From Flavobacterium sp. (GTDB lineage Bacteria; Bacteroidota; Bacteroidia; Flavobacteriales; Flavobacteriaceae): DNA of 64,000 nt. The DNA lies in contig NZ_JBBALR010000004.1 in assembly GCF_040402895.1 (NCBI RefSeq), positions 90,080-154,079 of the forward strand, read 5' to 3'. The notes under the pieces are model-generated. The model saw nothing but the letters and a program-made list of their open reading frames with translations. It was not told the DNA's origin and ran no database searches. This document shows, piece after piece, positions 1 to 11,089 of the stretch. A program made the translations under genes and the position numbers. Position 1 is the first letter of the stretch; every line of letters begins with the position of its first letter.

Positions 1-1952
1 GAGATTTAACAGAAATGGCGGAAGAGGGTAAATTAGACCCCGTTGTAGGTCGAGAAAAAGAAATTGAACGCGTTTCTCAAATTTTGAGTCGTAGAAAGAA
101 AAACAACCCACTATTAATTGGAGAACCTGGAGTTGGTAAATCTGCAATTGCGGAAGGTTTGGCTATTATGATTGTTAAGAAAAAAGTTTCACGTATATTA
201 TTTAATAAACGCGTTGTAACCCTGGATTTAGCATCATTGGTTGCTGGTACGAAATATCGCGGTCAATTTGAAGAACGCATGAAAGCGGTAATGAATGAGC
301 TAGAAAAAAATGATGATATTATTCTATTTATAGATGAAATTCATACTATTGTTGGAGCTGGCGGCGCTACAGGTTCGCTTGATGCAAGTAACATGTTTAA
401 ACCCGCTTTAGCAAGAGGAGAAATCCAATGTGTGGGTGCTACAACTTTAGACGAATACCGACAATACATTGAAAAAGATGGCGCATTAGAACGACGTTTT
501 CAAAAAGTAATTGTAGAGCCAACAACCGTTGATGAAACCATACTAATTTTGAATAATATTAAAGGAAAATACGAAGACCATCATAACGTAAGATATACAC
601 CTGAAGCAATTGAAGCTTGTGTAAAGCTTACTAGCCGCTATATGACAGACCGTTTTTTACCCGATAAAGCAATCGATGCTTTAGACGAGGCAGGTTCTCG
701 TGTGCACATTACTAATATTGAAGTACCAAAACAAATTTTAGAGCTGGAAAAACAATTAGAAGAAGTTCGCGAATTGAAAAATTCCGTAGTTAAAAAACAA
801 AAATTTGAAGAAGCTGCCAAATTACGTGATGATGAAAAGAAAATTGAAAAAGAGTTAGCTATTGCGCAAGAAAAATGGGAAGACGACGCTAAATTAAATC
901 GTGTAGAAGTAACGGAAGACAAAGTTGCTGATGTGGTGTCTATGATGACTGGAATACCTGTAAATAGAATTGCGCAAACTGAAACCAATAAATTAGCTAA
1001 ACTACCGGAACTAATAAAAGGAAAAGTAATTGGACAAGATGAAGCGGTACAAAAAATAGCCAAATCCATTCAAAGAAATAGAGCGGGTTTAAAAGATCCT
1101 AATAAACCAATTGGTTCATTTATATTTTTAGGCTCTACAGGCGTAGGAAAAACGCAATTAGCAAAAGTGTTAGCCAAAGAATTATTTGACTCAGAAGAGG
1201 CATTAATTCGTATCGACATGAGTGAATACATGGAAAAATTTGCTATTTCACGTTTAGTTGGAGCACCTCCAGGATATGTAGGATATGAAGAAGGCGGTCA
1301 GTTAACCGAAAAAATTAGAAGAAAACCTTATGCGGTTGTCTTGTTAGACGAAATAGAAAAAGCCCATCCAGATGTTTTTAATATGATGTTACAAGTATTA
1401 GACGATGGTTTTTTAACAGATAGTTTGGGTAGAAAAATCGATTTTAGAAATACTATAATCATCATGACATCCAATATTGGTGCGCGTCAATTAAAAGATT
1501 TCGGTCAAGGTGTTGGTTTTGGAACGGCTGCAAAAACAGCTCAAGCAGATGAATACAGCAAATCAGTAATAGAAAATGCCTTGAAAAAAGCTTTTGCTCC
1601 TGAATTTTTAAACCGTATCGATGATGTAATTGTATTCAATAGTTTAGAAAAACACGATATTGATAAAATTATCGATATTGAAATGGAAAAACTAATTTTT
1701 AGAATTAAAGACTTAGGATATACTTTCACTATCTCTGAAAAAGCTAAAAATTTTATTGCAGAGAAAGGTTTTGATAAACAATTTGGAGCACGACCATTAA
1801 AAAGAGCCATCCAAAAATATGTGGAAGATGCACTTGCCGAAGAAATAATAACTTCTAAAATTCACGAAGGTGATAATATTTTTATGGATTTAGAGGAAGC
1901 TTCACAAGAACTAATTGTAACAGTTATGAAGACAAAAAAACCTGCTACTTAG
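1..1952 (+). CDS. clpC: ATP-dependent Clp protease ATP-binding subunit ClpC (5'-truncated by window edge)
   Basis: Two AAA+ P-loops ([16 protein letters not shown]) with a UVR-like linker [17 protein letters not shown] between the modules. The frame stays open upstream of the first Met (DLTE from nt 3), so the N-terminus lies outside the window. Confidence 0.9.
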   Translation, partial: DLTEMAEEGKLDPVVGREKEIERVSQILSRRKKNNPLLIGEPGVGKSAIAEGLAIMIVKKKVSRILFNKRVVTLDLASLVAGTKYRGQFEERMKAVMNELEKNDDIILFIDEIHTIVGAGGATGSLDASNMFKPALARGEIQCVGATTLDEYRQYIEKDGALERRFQKVIVEPTTVDETILILNNIKGKYEDHHNVRYTPEAIEACVKLTSRYMTDRFLPDKAIDALDEAGSRVHITNIEVPKQILELEKQLEEVRELKNSVVKKQKFEEAAKLRDDEKKIEKELAIAQEKWEDDAKLNRVEVTEDKVADVVSMMTGIPVNRIAQTETNKLAKLPELIKGKVIGQDEAVQKIAKSIQRNRAGLKDPNKPIGSFIFLGSTGVGKTQLAKVLAKELFDSEEALIRIDMSEYMEKFAISRLVGAPPGYVGYEEGGQLTEKIRRKPYAVVLLDEIEKAHPDVFNMMLQVLDDGFLTDSLGRKIDFRNTIIIMTSNIGARQLKDFGQGVGFGTAAKTAQADEYSKSVIENALKKAFAPEFLNRIDDVIVFNSLEKHDIDKIIDIEMEKLIFRIKDLGYTFTISEKAKNFIAEKGFDKQFGARPLKRAIQKYVEDALAEEIITSKIHEGDNIFMDLEEASQELIVTVMKTKKPAT

Positions 1953-1964
1953 CAGGTTTTTTTT
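1934..1964 (+). terminator. Rho-independent terminator after clpC
   Basis: Stem CCTGCT (1941-1946) / AGCAGG (1951-1956), 4-nt loop that contains the clpC stop codon, followed by a T8 run. Confidence 0.75.
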
Positions 1965-2011
1965 GTACAAATAAATTTTCGATAAATATTTCTATACTTT
2001 ATGTATTACAT

Positions 2012-2040
2012 AAAAAAAGACACCCCTGAAGGATGTCTTT
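2012..2040 (-). terminator. Rho-independent terminator of the OMP gene (minus strand)
   Basis: Stem AAAGACA (2016-2022) / TGTCTTT (2034-2040). The A-run on the + strand gives a T-run on the minus strand. It lies 24 nt downstream of the stop at 2064. Confidence 0.6.
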
Positions 2041-2063
2041 AATATTTTAATGCAGTGTAAATA

Positions 2064-2711
2064 CTAGTTAATTTTGATAGCTAAACCTGCCATAAAATTA
2101 ATTCCACCAATACTTCTTTTAACTTTAAAAGATTCACCTTCAGTTTTATAATCTCCAGATAAACCAGCTCCATCATATCCTAATTGAATATTTGCTCCAA
2201 CTTTATCCCAATAATAATAGTTTAAACCAATATTAAGTCCGTATGATAAACCTGATGCTTTGAACGAATCAGTTGTTACATCAAAACCTACAAATTTATC
2301 AGTTGCAGAAGCAAAACCAACATTTACTCCTCCATAAATATTTAAATCGTCATCATTTAGAATATAATATCTTGATTGAGCACCAATATTAAATAAAGAC
2401 ATTGTTGTCGTTGCGCCAATACTTTCTTCAGATAGTAAATTTTCTGGAGTTAAAAGGTAAGCACCAGTTGTTAAACCAAGTCCTACACTTATTTTATCAT
2501 TTAAACCATAATGAACATTTAAACCATAAGTCCCAGAAGCAAAATTGGATTTTTGTTCAACAGAAATATTTTCAACAGTAGCTTTATCAGTTACGTTTCC
2601 ACCAAAAGCAAAACCTCCTAATAAATTAATGTGAATTGTTCCTTCGCTATTCGATTGAGAATAACCTAGTAATGAAACTGCAAAAGCAGCTACTAATAAT
2701 ACTTTTTTCAT
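2064..2711 (-). CDS. outer membrane beta-barrel protein (porin-like)
   Basis: Signal peptide MKKVLLVAAFAVSLLG. Gly/Tyr/Asn-rich alternating pattern typical of small beta-barrel OMPs. Confidence 0.6.
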   Translation of the reverse strand: MKKVLLVAAFAVSLLGYSQSNSEGTIHINLLGGFAFGGNVTDKATVENISVEQKSNFASGTYGLNVHYGLNDKISVGLGLTTGAYLLTPENLLSEESIGATTTMSLFNIGAQSRYYILNDDDLNIYGGVNVGFASATDKFVGFDVTTDSFKASGLSYGLNIGLNYYYWDKVGANIQLGYDGAGLSGDYKTEGESFKVKRSIGGINFMAGLAIKIN

Positions 2712-2772
2712 AATTTTTAATTTAGTTTTTTAAAATTTTTTCAAATATATAAAAATTATTTATTCAAAAAAA

Positions 2773-3855
2773 TTATTTCTTTAAAAATGGCAATTTAGTA
2801 ACTTTAGCTTTAATGTCTTTATTTCTAATTCTAATATAAATTTCAGAATCTGGTGTGGCTAATGCTGTTGGAACATATCCCATTCCTATAGCAATACCAA
2901 GACTTGGCGATTGTGTTCCAGAAGTTACAATTCCTACAACATTTCCATTAGCGTCTGCAATTTCATAATCGTGACGTGGAATGCCTCTATCAATCATTTC
3001 AAAACCAACTAATTTCTTAGTAACACCGGCTTCTTTTTGTTTTTTTAAGTTTTCTGAATTCGTAAATTCTTTTTCAAATTTAGTAATCCAACCCAAACCA
3101 GCTTCTAACGGAGAAGTGGTGTCATTAATATCGTTTCCGTATAAACAGAATCCCATTTCCAAGCGTAAGGTATCGCGAGCGGCTAAACCAATTGGTTTAA
3201 TTCCGAATGCCGCTCCTGCTTCAAAAACTTTTGCCCAAATAGTGGTGGCATCTTCATTTTTAAAATAAATTTCAAATCCTCCTGAACCCGTATAACCTGT
3301 AGCAGAAACAATTACATTTTGTTTTCCAGCAAATTCACCAATTTGAAACGTGTAATATCCCATATTTACTAGATCAATTGAAGTTAAACTTTGCATCGCT
3401 TCAGCAGCTTTTGGTCCTTGAATAGCCAATAGCGAATAGTCATCTGAAAGATTTTGCATCTCTACTCCTAAATCATTATGTTTAGAAATCCAATTCCAAT
3501 CTTTCTCGATATTAGACGCATTTACAACTAACATATAATGTTCATCTACAATTTTGTATATGATTAAATCATCAACAATTCCACCTTCATTATTTGGTAA
3601 ACAAGAATATTGGGCTTTTCCATCCGCTAATTTAGAGGCATCATTAGAAGTAACTTTCTGAATTAAAGCCAATGCATGTTCACCTTTCAAGAAAAATTCT
3701 CCCATGTGCGATACATCAAAAACCCCAACTCCAGTTCTTACCGTTTCGTGTTCTACGTTTACTCCTTCATATTGAACAGGCATATTGTAACCTGCAAACG
3801 GAACCATTTTTGCCCCTAAACTTTCGTGAATAGCTGTTAATGCTGTATTTTTCAT
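2773..3855 (-). CDS. gcvT: glycine cleavage system aminomethyltransferase GcvT
   Basis: 360 aa. N-terminus [26 protein letters not shown] and FDVSHMGEF are hallmarks of T-protein. Confidence 0.95.
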   Translation of the reverse strand: MKNTALTAIHESLGAKMVPFAGYNMPVQYEGVNVEHETVRTGVGVFDVSHMGEFFLKGEHALALIQKVTSNDASKLADGKAQYSCLPNNEGGIVDDLIIYKIVDEHYMLVVNASNIEKDWNWISKHNDLGVEMQNLSDDYSLLAIQGPKAAEAMQSLTSIDLVNMGYYTFQIGEFAGKQNVIVSATGYTGSGGFEIYFKNEDATTIWAKVFEAGAAFGIKPIGLAARDTLRLEMGFCLYGNDINDTTSPLEAGLGWITKFEKEFTNSENLKKQKEAGVTKKLVGFEMIDRGIPRHDYEIADANGNVVGIVTSGTQSPSLGIAIGMGYVPTALATPDSEIYIRIRNKDIKAKVTKLPFLKK

Positions 3856-4029
3856 TGTGCGATTTTATAAAATTTTAAGTTGCTAATGTATTGAAAAATT
3901 TATTAATTTGAAGCCTTTTGCTTCTATCTGTTTAAATTATTTATACCATATGTAGCATAAAAATTATAAATTCAAGTATTACGATAATAAATTTTAACTT
4001 CTAACAGGATTATAAAATGGTATAAAATA

Positions 4030-5325
4030 TTATATTTTTTGCACCAAAAAAGATTTCAAATCAGTATAATTTTTAATTTTTATACTTACTTTTTCTTTAC
4101 CTAAAACACTTTCAATTTGAGGCGAAACTTCTAATTTTATATTTAAAATAGGTTCAACCTCATCTAAGAACTTAATTGGATGTGCCGTTTCTAGAAATAC
4201 GCCCACTGCGTTTGGCAGGATTTCAAGTTCTTTTTTCAAACCCAAAAAACCCACTGCGCCATGTGGTTCTGCTATATAACCTGTTTGTAAATAAATGTTT
4301 TTTATGGCTTTTTTTGTTTCTTCATCTGTAAATGAATAGGAAGAAAAATCTTTTTTTAACGCATTTAAATCATTGTTATACATTTCTTGTATACGTATAA
4401 AATTACTAGGGTTTCCAACATCCATAGCGTTAGAAATGGTTGCAATTGAATTTTTTGCAGCATAAATTCCGTTTTTCAAAAACCTAGGAACGGTATCGTT
4501 TGCATTGGTTGAAGCTACAAAATGTAAAATAGGCAAACCTAATTTTTTAGCTAAAATTCCGGCACAAATGTTTCCGAAATTTCCACTCGGACAGGAAATA
4601 ACAAATGGTTTGTTCTGTTTTTTTAAAGTTTTATAAGCAAAGAAAAAATAAAACATTTGTGGCAACCAACGCGCAATATTTATAGAATTTGCGGAGGTTA
4701 AATTGTTATGCTTTAACTCTTTATCTAAAAACGCTTGTTTAACCATTTCTTGGCAATCGTCAAAAACACCATCAACTTCCAAAGCCGTAATATTTTGTCC
4801 TAAAGTAGTTAGTTGTTTTTCCTGAAAATTACTCACTTTTCCTGAAGGATATAAAATAACAACCTCAACGCCATTAACTCCCAAAAATCCGCTAGCCACA
4901 GCACCGCCTGTATCGCCAGAAGTGGCTACTAAAACTGTGTTTGTATTTAAACTATTTCTATTAAAATAAGCTAAACATCTAGACATAAATCGTGCACCAA
5001 CGTCTTTAAAAGCCATAGTTGGACCATGAAATAACTCTAATGAATAACAGTTTTTTTCTATTTCCACTAAAGGAAAATCGAAAGTTAAGGTTTCGTTAAT
5101 AATTTTTTTTAATTCATTTTCAGGAATATCATCGCCAACAAATTGCTTTATTACCAAAAAAGCAATTTGTTGGTTGGTTATATTTTCAATTTCATCAAAA
5201 AAAGATGGTGGTAATGTTGTAATTTTTTCAGGAAAATATAAGCCTTTGTCTGGCGAAATACCTTTTATAACGGCTTCTTGAAAAGAAACTTTACTATTCT
5301 TATTGTTTAAACTATAATACTTCAT
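4030..5325 (-). CDS. thrC: threonine synthase
   Basis: 431 aa. PLP-lysine motif FHGPTMAFKD. Last gene of the thrA-thrB-thrC cluster. Confidence 0.93.
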   Translation of the reverse strand: MKYYSLNNKNSKVSFQEAVIKGISPDKGLYFPEKITTLPPSFFDEIENITNQQIAFLVIKQFVGDDIPENELKKIINETLTFDFPLVEIEKNCYSLELFHGPTMAFKDVGARFMSRCLAYFNRNSLNTNTVLVATSGDTGGAVASGFLGVNGVEVVILYPSGKVSNFQEKQLTTLGQNITALEVDGVFDDCQEMVKQAFLDKELKHNNLTSANSINIARWLPQMFYFFFAYKTLKKQNKPFVISCPSGNFGNICAGILAKKLGLPILHFVASTNANDTVPRFLKNGIYAAKNSIATISNAMDVGNPSNFIRIQEMYNNDLNALKKDFSSYSFTDEETKKAIKNIYLQTGYIAEPHGAVGFLGLKKELEILPNAVGVFLETAHPIKFLDEVEPILNIKLEVSPQIESVLGKEKVSIKIKNYTDLKSFLVQKI

Positions 5326-5349
5326 TTGACAAAATTAAATTATAAAAAC

Positions 5350-6297
5350 TTATAATTCGTTAATTGAAATTACTTCTACACCTTTTGGGTTTATTTTCGA
5401 AATGTGTATATCAAAATTAATTTCTGTGTTTTGATACATATTTTCCATGCTTAAAGCAATTTTTTGAGCACTTTCTTTTCCTTTGCAAAGAGCAAATATT
5501 GATGGTCCTGCACCTGAAATTCCAGCACCTAATGCTCCATTTTTTAATGCAACATCTTTCACTTCGTCAAAATTAGGTATTAAATGTTTTCTTAAAGGCT
5601 CTATTATTACGTCGTGTAGAGACCTGCTTATTAACTCATAATCAGACATAAACAAACCTGCTACTAACCCACCTATATTTCCTGTTTGAATTATGGCATT
5701 CTGAAGTGAAATCATGGGTTGTAAAACCGAACGGGCATCAGCCGTTTTAACTTCAATATGTGGATGCAAAACAACTGCGTATAGTTCAGAAGGGCTTTCA
5801 ATTTTTATCACATCTAACGGATTGTAACCTCTTACTAACGTAAAACCGCCAAGTAGGCAAGGTGCTACATTATCGGCATGTTCACTGCCACTAGCTACCA
5901 CTTCGCCTTTCATAGCAAATTTGACTAATTCGATTTTTGAAAAAGGTTTGCCTAATAATTCATTTATTCCAAAAACAGCTCCTGCAGCGCTTGCGGATGA
6001 GCTTCCTATACCACTACCTGCTTTTATTTTTTTGAATATTTCAATTTCAAACCCGTGTTCAAAAGCAACTCGTTTATTTGCTTCTTCAAAAATAGCTAAA
6101 GCCGCAACTCCAGCAACATTATTCTCAATTTCAAAAGGTAAATTTGCGCCTACAATATTTGTTATTTTAACACACTTATTTACAGATTTCCTGATAATTA
6201 TTTCATCGCCAATACTTTCAAGGCATAGCCCCAATACATCAAAACCACAATTAAGATTGGCAATAGTTGCTGGGCAAAATATTTTAATACTAGTCAT
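5350..6297 (-). CDS. thrB: homoserine kinase
   Basis: GHMP kinase motif KAGSGIGSSSASAAGA. Start moved to the second Met (MTSIKIFCPATIANL), which gives the usual N-terminus. The ORF-track start at 6321 is also possible. Confidence 0.9.
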   Translation of the reverse strand: MTSIKIFCPATIANLNCGFDVLGLCLESIGDEIIIRKSVNKCVKITNIVGANLPFEIENNVAGVAALAIFEEANKRVAFEHGFEIEIFKKIKAGSGIGSSSASAAGAVFGINELLGKPFSKIELVKFAMKGEVVASGSEHADNVAPCLLGGFTLVRGYNPLDVIKIESPSELYAVVLHPHIEVKTADARSVLQPMISLQNAIIQTGNIGGLVAGLFMSDYELISRSLHDVIIEPLRKHLIPNFDEVKDVALKNGALGAGISGAGPSIFALCKGKESAQKIALSMENMYQNTEINFDIHISKINPKGVEVISINEL

Positions 6298-6382
6298 ACC
6301 GTTTAAAAACCTTAAAGTCAAATATTTTAATTTATAGGATAGTTTTTACTTTGGATCTTAATAATGTTAACTTTAAACTAAA

Positions 6383-8830
6383 TTATACATTTCCGACACG
6401 GATAACATCAGCAAAAATTCCTGATGCGGTTACGGCTGCTCCTGCTCCTGCTCCTTTTATTATTAAAGGCTGATCCGTATATCTGTCGGTAAAAAACTCT
6501 ACTATATTATCTTTTCCTTCTAAATTATAAAATGGACTTTCTTTTGGGATAAACCTCAAACCTACAGATGCTTTTCCTTTATCAAAAGAAGCTACAAATT
6601 TTAAACGAGCGTCTTTACTTTTTGCTTCGGATAAGAGTTGTTCAAAATGAGTGGCGTTTTTAATTAAGGACTTAAAAAAATCTTCGTTATTATTGGTTTC
6701 CATACATTCTTTTGGTAAAAAACAATGATTTTCAATTTGTTCTATTTCCATTTCGTAACCACTTTCACGTATTAAAATTAGTATTTTTCTAGCAACATCA
6801 ACACCACTTAAATCAATTTTTGGATCGGGTTCGGTAAAGCCTTGCACTCCTGCTTCTTTTACAACATCATGAAAATTATAGGTTTCACTAAAATTATTAA
6901 AAATGAAGTTTAAACTACCCGATAATACAGCATTTATTTTATGTACTTTATCACCCGAATGTATTAAATGTTTAAGTGTGTCAATAATTGGTAATCCAGC
7001 ACCTACATTAGTTTCAAACAAGAACGGAGCATTAAATTTTCTAGATATTGATTTAAGGTATTTATAATTTTCAAATTTTGAGGAACATGCAATTTTATTA
7101 CAAGTAACCACAGCAATACTTAGTTTTAAAAATTGGTCATAAATGGACGCAACATCATAATTTGCCGTTATATCTACAAAAATACTATTACGTAAATTAA
7201 GTTCCTGTACTTTAGAAATAAATTTAGAGATTGATGCGTTTTCGCCGTTGTCAAGTCTAATTTTCGAATCTTTTAAATTAATTCCATCTTCATCAAAAAC
7301 CATTTTTCTTGAATTTGATAAGGCAATTACTCTTAGATTTATTTTTAAATTTTCTTTTAAAAATTTCTTTTGTTGATAAATTTGTTCAATAAATTTTTCG
7401 CCGACATTTCCTACACCCATTACAAATAAATTTAATTGTTTGGTGTTTTCTTCAAAAAATCTTTCGTGTAATGTATTTAGTGCTTTTTTAACATCTTTTT
7501 CATTTATTACAACCGAAATATTTCTTTCGGAAGCACCCTGAGCTATAGCTCTTATGTTTACATTATTTTTACCTAAAGTGCTAAACATTTTACCGCTTAA
7601 ACCTTGATGATTTTTCATGTTTTCACCTACTAAAGCCACTATGCATAAATCGTTTTCAACGATGCACGGATTAATTTTATTTTGAAAAATTTCTATTTCA
7701 AATTCAAATTCAATTGCTTTTTTAGCTATAGCAGCAACTTGGTTTTGAATTCCGATACAAATTGAATGTTCGGAAGAAGCTTGTGTTATAAAAATTACAT
7801 TAATATTTTGCTGTGAAAGTACTTCAAAAATTCGTTTAGAAGAACCTGAAACACCAATCATTCCAGATCCTTCAATGGTTAAGAGCGTAATTTTATCTAT
7901 ATGAGAAATTCCTCTTATAGGATTGCTTGACACCAAATTTTTATTTGAAATATAAGTTCCTAAAGCATCGGGATTAAACGTATTTTTAATCCAAATAGGA
8001 ATTTGAGCTTGCAAAACAGGTTGAATAGTTGGCGGATATAACACTTTAGCCCCAAAATGTGATAATTCCATAGCTTCTTGATAAGAAATTGATTGTATGG
8101 ATTGTGCTTCTTTTACAATTTTCGGATTTGCTGTAAACATTCCATTTACATCGGTCCAAATTTCTAACGATTTAGATGCTGTACCATTGGCAATTATTGC
8201 CGCCGTATAATCTGATCCTCCCCTTCCCAAGGTTGTCGTATTTCCCTCTTCATCTGAAGCTATGAAACCAGGAACAACAACAACATTAAAAGTGTTTTTT
8301 TCTAAAAAAAATTGAATATTACTATTTGTTATATTAAAATTTACAGAGGCTTTTCCAAAATTTGAATTGGTTTTTATTATTTCCCTACTATCTTTAAAAT
8401 TAGTATTTGGAATAATTTGTTGAACGGCGGCGGCAACAATTTGAGAAGATAACAATTCGCCAAAACTAGCAATTGTATCAGCAGTTCTTGCAGATAATTC
8501 ACCTAAAAGAAAACATCCATCAAGTAAGGTTTGTAATTGATTAATTTGAATGTCTAAAAAATTATATAATTGATTTTGTTTTTGATTTTCAATTAAATTA
8601 TAAATTACATCAATATGTTTTTGCTTAATTTCTGCTAACAAATTTTTATATGATTCGTCTTTATTTGAAGCAGTATTTGAAGCAGTAATTAACATATCTG
8701 TAACACCACTGAAGGCAGAAATTATTACGACTAAATTATTATCTGAGGCTTTTTTAGTGATAATTTCTAATACAAGCTCAATATTTTGGGCATTGGCAAC
8801 AGATGTTCCTCCAAATTTTAATGTTATCAT
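6383..8830 (-). CDS. thrA: bifunctional aspartokinase / homoserine dehydrogenase
   Basis: 815 aa. N-terminal aspartokinase (KFGGTSV), central ACT-like region, C-terminal homoserine dehydrogenase with NAD fold FVMGVGNVG. Confidence 0.93.
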   Translation of the reverse strand: MITLKFGGTSVANAQNIELVLEIITKKASDNNLVVIISAFSGVTDMLITASNTASNKDESYKNLLAEIKQKHIDVIYNLIENQKQNQLYNFLDIQINQLQTLLDGCFLLGELSARTADTIASFGELLSSQIVAAAVQQIIPNTNFKDSREIIKTNSNFGKASVNFNITNSNIQFFLEKNTFNVVVVPGFIASDEEGNTTTLGRGGSDYTAAIIANGTASKSLEIWTDVNGMFTANPKIVKEAQSIQSISYQEAMELSHFGAKVLYPPTIQPVLQAQIPIWIKNTFNPDALGTYISNKNLVSSNPIRGISHIDKITLLTIEGSGMIGVSGSSKRIFEVLSQQNINVIFITQASSEHSICIGIQNQVAAIAKKAIEFEFEIEIFQNKINPCIVENDLCIVALVGENMKNHQGLSGKMFSTLGKNNVNIRAIAQGASERNISVVINEKDVKKALNTLHERFFEENTKQLNLFVMGVGNVGEKFIEQIYQQKKFLKENLKINLRVIALSNSRKMVFDEDGINLKDSKIRLDNGENASISKFISKVQELNLRNSIFVDITANYDVASIYDQFLKLSIAVVTCNKIACSSKFENYKYLKSISRKFNAPFLFETNVGAGLPIIDTLKHLIHSGDKVHKINAVLSGSLNFIFNNFSETYNFHDVVKEAGVQGFTEPDPKIDLSGVDVARKILILIRESGYEMEIEQIENHCFLPKECMETNNNEDFFKSLIKNATHFEQLLSEAKSKDARLKFVASFDKGKASVGLRFIPKESPFYNLEGKDNIVEFFTDRYTDQPLIIKGAGAGAAVTASGIFADVIRVGNV

Positions 8831-9034
8831 AGGTTAGGATTTTTTATAATCATTTTTTTTAGAATTTTCATATATACACAAAATTCAATCTTTCAACTAA
8901 ATATTTATAAATCATAATAATATGTAAAGTTATGCCCAAACGATATGACATTTGTACAACTATCTAAAATATCAATCAATGAAATGCCTTTTAAAAAGCG
9001 AAGATTTTAGTTTATTTTTCTTTATCATATTTTC

Positions 9035-9042
9035 CAAATATA
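9035..9042 (-). promoter_or_regulatory. candidate Bacteroidota -7 box (TATATTTG) for the thr operon
   Basis: The minus strand reads TATATTTG. This would give a leader of about 200 nt before thrA. Confidence 0.35.
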
Positions 9043-9234
9043 ATTCTTTATAAGTATGAAAAAAAGGTTTAAAGTATTTTTATGAAAATGATAATTTTTA
9101 ATTATTTTTATTTTAAATAATATCAATTTACAAGAAATCAAAGTGAATAACTATTGATTTAATAAAAAATAGTATTTAAAAATGTTGCATTTTAGAATTT
9201 GTTTGTAGAATTTTGACAGCTAAAACAAAATAAA

Positions 9235-10725
9235 ATGCATTACATAGATTCATCCGTACTTACTATAGAAAAAGTTAGAGAAATTATTTTTGAAGGAAAA
9301 AAAATAGCCCTTTCAGAAGAAGCTATCTCAAAAATAGAACGATGCAGAACGTATTTAGATGAAAAAATGGTTTCTAACGATACAGCTATTTACGGAATTA
9401 ACACTGGTTTTGGCTCGTTATATAATATAAAAATTTCGACAGAAAATTTAACCAAACTTCAAGAAAATTTAATGAAATCGCACGCTTGTGGTACCGGTGA
9501 CGAAGTACCGCACGAGATTGTAAAGATCATGTTGTTGTTAAAAATTCAATCTTTGAGTTACGGACATTCCGGTGTGCAATTAGAAACCGTTAATAGATTA
9601 ATTGATTTTTATAATCATGATATTTTACCAATTGTTTTTACACAAGGCTCATTAGGAGCAAGTGGCGATTTATCACCATTAGCTCATTTATGTTTACCCT
9701 TAATTAACGAAGGAGAAGTATATTACGATGGATTTCGTCAACCCGCACATAAAGTGTTAGAAAAATTGAACTTATCTCCCATTACATTAAAATCAAAAGA
9801 AGGCTTGGCATTATTAAACGGAACACAATTTATGAGCGCTTATGGCGTGTATAATTTAATTCAAGCCGATAAATTAGCGCATTTAGCAAATATTGTATCC
9901 GCAGTTTCTTTAGAAGGATTTGATGGAAGGAAAGAGCCTTTTAACGAATTAATTCATTTAGTACGACCACATAATGGGCAGATAGCAACCGCAGCGCATA
10001 TGTTAGAATTATTAGAAGATAGTGAAATTATTGCACAACCCAAAAAACATGTGCAAGATCCGTATTCTTTTAGATGTATTCCGCAAGTTCATGGTGCGTC
10101 AAAAGATGTAATTGACCATGTAAAAAAAGTATTTACTACCGAAATTAATTCGGTCACAGACAATCCAAATATTTTTGTAAGTGAAGATGAAATTATTTCT
10201 GGTGGAAATTTTCATGGACAACCCTTAGCAATGGCTTTAGATTATTTAGGTATTGCTTTAGCAGAATTGGGAAGTATTTCGGAAAGAAGAACCTACCAAT
10301 TAATTTCTGGATTAAGAGAATTACCTGCGTTTTTAGTAAGTAATCCGGGATTAAATTCTGGATTTATGATTCCGCAATATACCGCGGCAAGCATTGTTAG
10401 TCAGAACAAACAATTAGCAACGCCTGCAAGTATCGACAGTATTGTATCCAGCAATGGACAAGAAGATCATGTAAGTATGGGGGCAAATGCAGCTACAAAA
10501 ACGCTGAAAATTGTTGAAAATTTAGAACGCATTTTAGCCATTGAATTATTTAATGCTTCACAAGCTATCGAATTTAGAAGGCCTTTAAAATCAAGTGATT
10601 TCATTGAAATGTTTATAAAAACCTATCGTGAAGAAGTGCCTTTAGTTACAGAAGATAGAATTTTACATTATGACATTGAAAAATCAATTCATTTCTTGAA
10701 GAGTTTTCAAGTGGAAATAAACTAA
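9235..10725 (+). CDS. hutH: histidine ammonia-lyase
   Basis: 496 aa. MIO-forming motif GSLGASGDLSPLAHL and a typical HAL/PAL fold sequence. Confidence 0.92.
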   Translation: MHYIDSSVLTIEKVREIIFEGKKIALSEEAISKIERCRTYLDEKMVSNDTAIYGINTGFGSLYNIKISTENLTKLQENLMKSHACGTGDEVPHEIVKIMLLLKIQSLSYGHSGVQLETVNRLIDFYNHDILPIVFTQGSLGASGDLSPLAHLCLPLINEGEVYYDGFRQPAHKVLEKLNLSPITLKSKEGLALLNGTQFMSAYGVYNLIQADKLAHLANIVSAVSLEGFDGRKEPFNELIHLVRPHNGQIATAAHMLELLEDSEIIAQPKKHVQDPYSFRCIPQVHGASKDVIDHVKKVFTTEINSVTDNPNIFVSEDEIISGGNFHGQPLAMALDYLGIALAELGSISERRTYQLISGLRELPAFLVSNPGLNSGFMIPQYTAASIVSQNKQLATPASIDSIVSSNGQEDHVSMGANAATKTLKIVENLERILAIELFNASQAIEFRRPLKSSDFIEMFIKTYREEVPLVTEDRILHYDIEKSIHFLKSFQVEIN

Positions 10726-10901
10726 TTCATATTTCGTTTCGGTCTTTTGACTAATTCTCCTTGGCAATTTGGACAGATATCAGCCATTTCTACAGCGCAA
10801 GATTCACAAAATGTACATTCATAACTGCATATGCAAGCTTCTGATTGCATATACAACGAAATATTGCATTTCTCGCAAGAGGATTTGTATTCCAACGCCA
10901 T
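10722..10901 (-). CDS. DUF1272-like Cys-rich small protein (59 aa, not in ORF track)
   Basis: Manual translation: MALEYKSSCEKCNISLYMQSEACICSYECTFCESCAVEMADICPNCQGELVKRPKRNMN. It has 10 Cys in a CxxC...CxC..CxxCxxC...CxxC pattern typical of DUF1272. The ATG overlaps the upstream stop as TAATG. Confidence 0.7.
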   Translation of the reverse strand: MALEYKSSCEKCNISLYMQSEACICSYECTFCESCAVEMADICPNCQGELVKRPKRNMN

Positions 10902-11086
10902 TATTTATTTTTATTTTTTAGAAGATAAATTAGTACTGTAGCTCCAAAAATAACTTCTAACACTACACCAATATTAAAAATTAAAGTCGCACCTGGCCAT
11001 TCCATTATTTTAAAAAAAGCACCAAAGGCAACAACAAAACTGCAAGCTATAATAATTAATAACAGTTTTTTGAAATTATTTTGCAT
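10901..11086 (-). CDS. small membrane protein (2 predicted TM helices)
   Basis: 61 aa with two hydrophobic stretches (LLLIIIACSFVVAFGAFF, LIFNIGVVLEVIFGATVLIYLL). It sits 3 nt after the rimK-like stop and overlaps the next gene by 1 nt. Confidence 0.5.
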   Translation of the reverse strand: MQNNFKKLLLIIIACSFVVAFGAFFKIMEWPGATLIFNIGVVLEVIFGATVLIYLLKNKNK

Positions 11087-11089
11087 ATT

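Noticed and set aside
638-1069. Antisense ORFs inside strongly supported genes. Examples: 638-1069, 1541-1810, 2981-3268, 5921-6337, 11364-11753, 15112-15318, 26507-26752, 38606-39133, 47763-48170, 48225-49154.
   Set aside because: Each lies wholly within a gene that has clear family motifs on the other strand. The translations are low-complexity (Ser/Phe/Leu/Ile-rich), as expected from reverse frames of AT-rich coding DNA.
8831-9234. Thr-operon attenuator leader peptide or riboswitch upstream of thrA.
   Set aside because: The only short leader ORF on the minus strand (MIKKNKLKSSLFKRHFID) has no Thr/Ile run. I could not recognise a terminator/antiterminator pair or a known riboswitch core.
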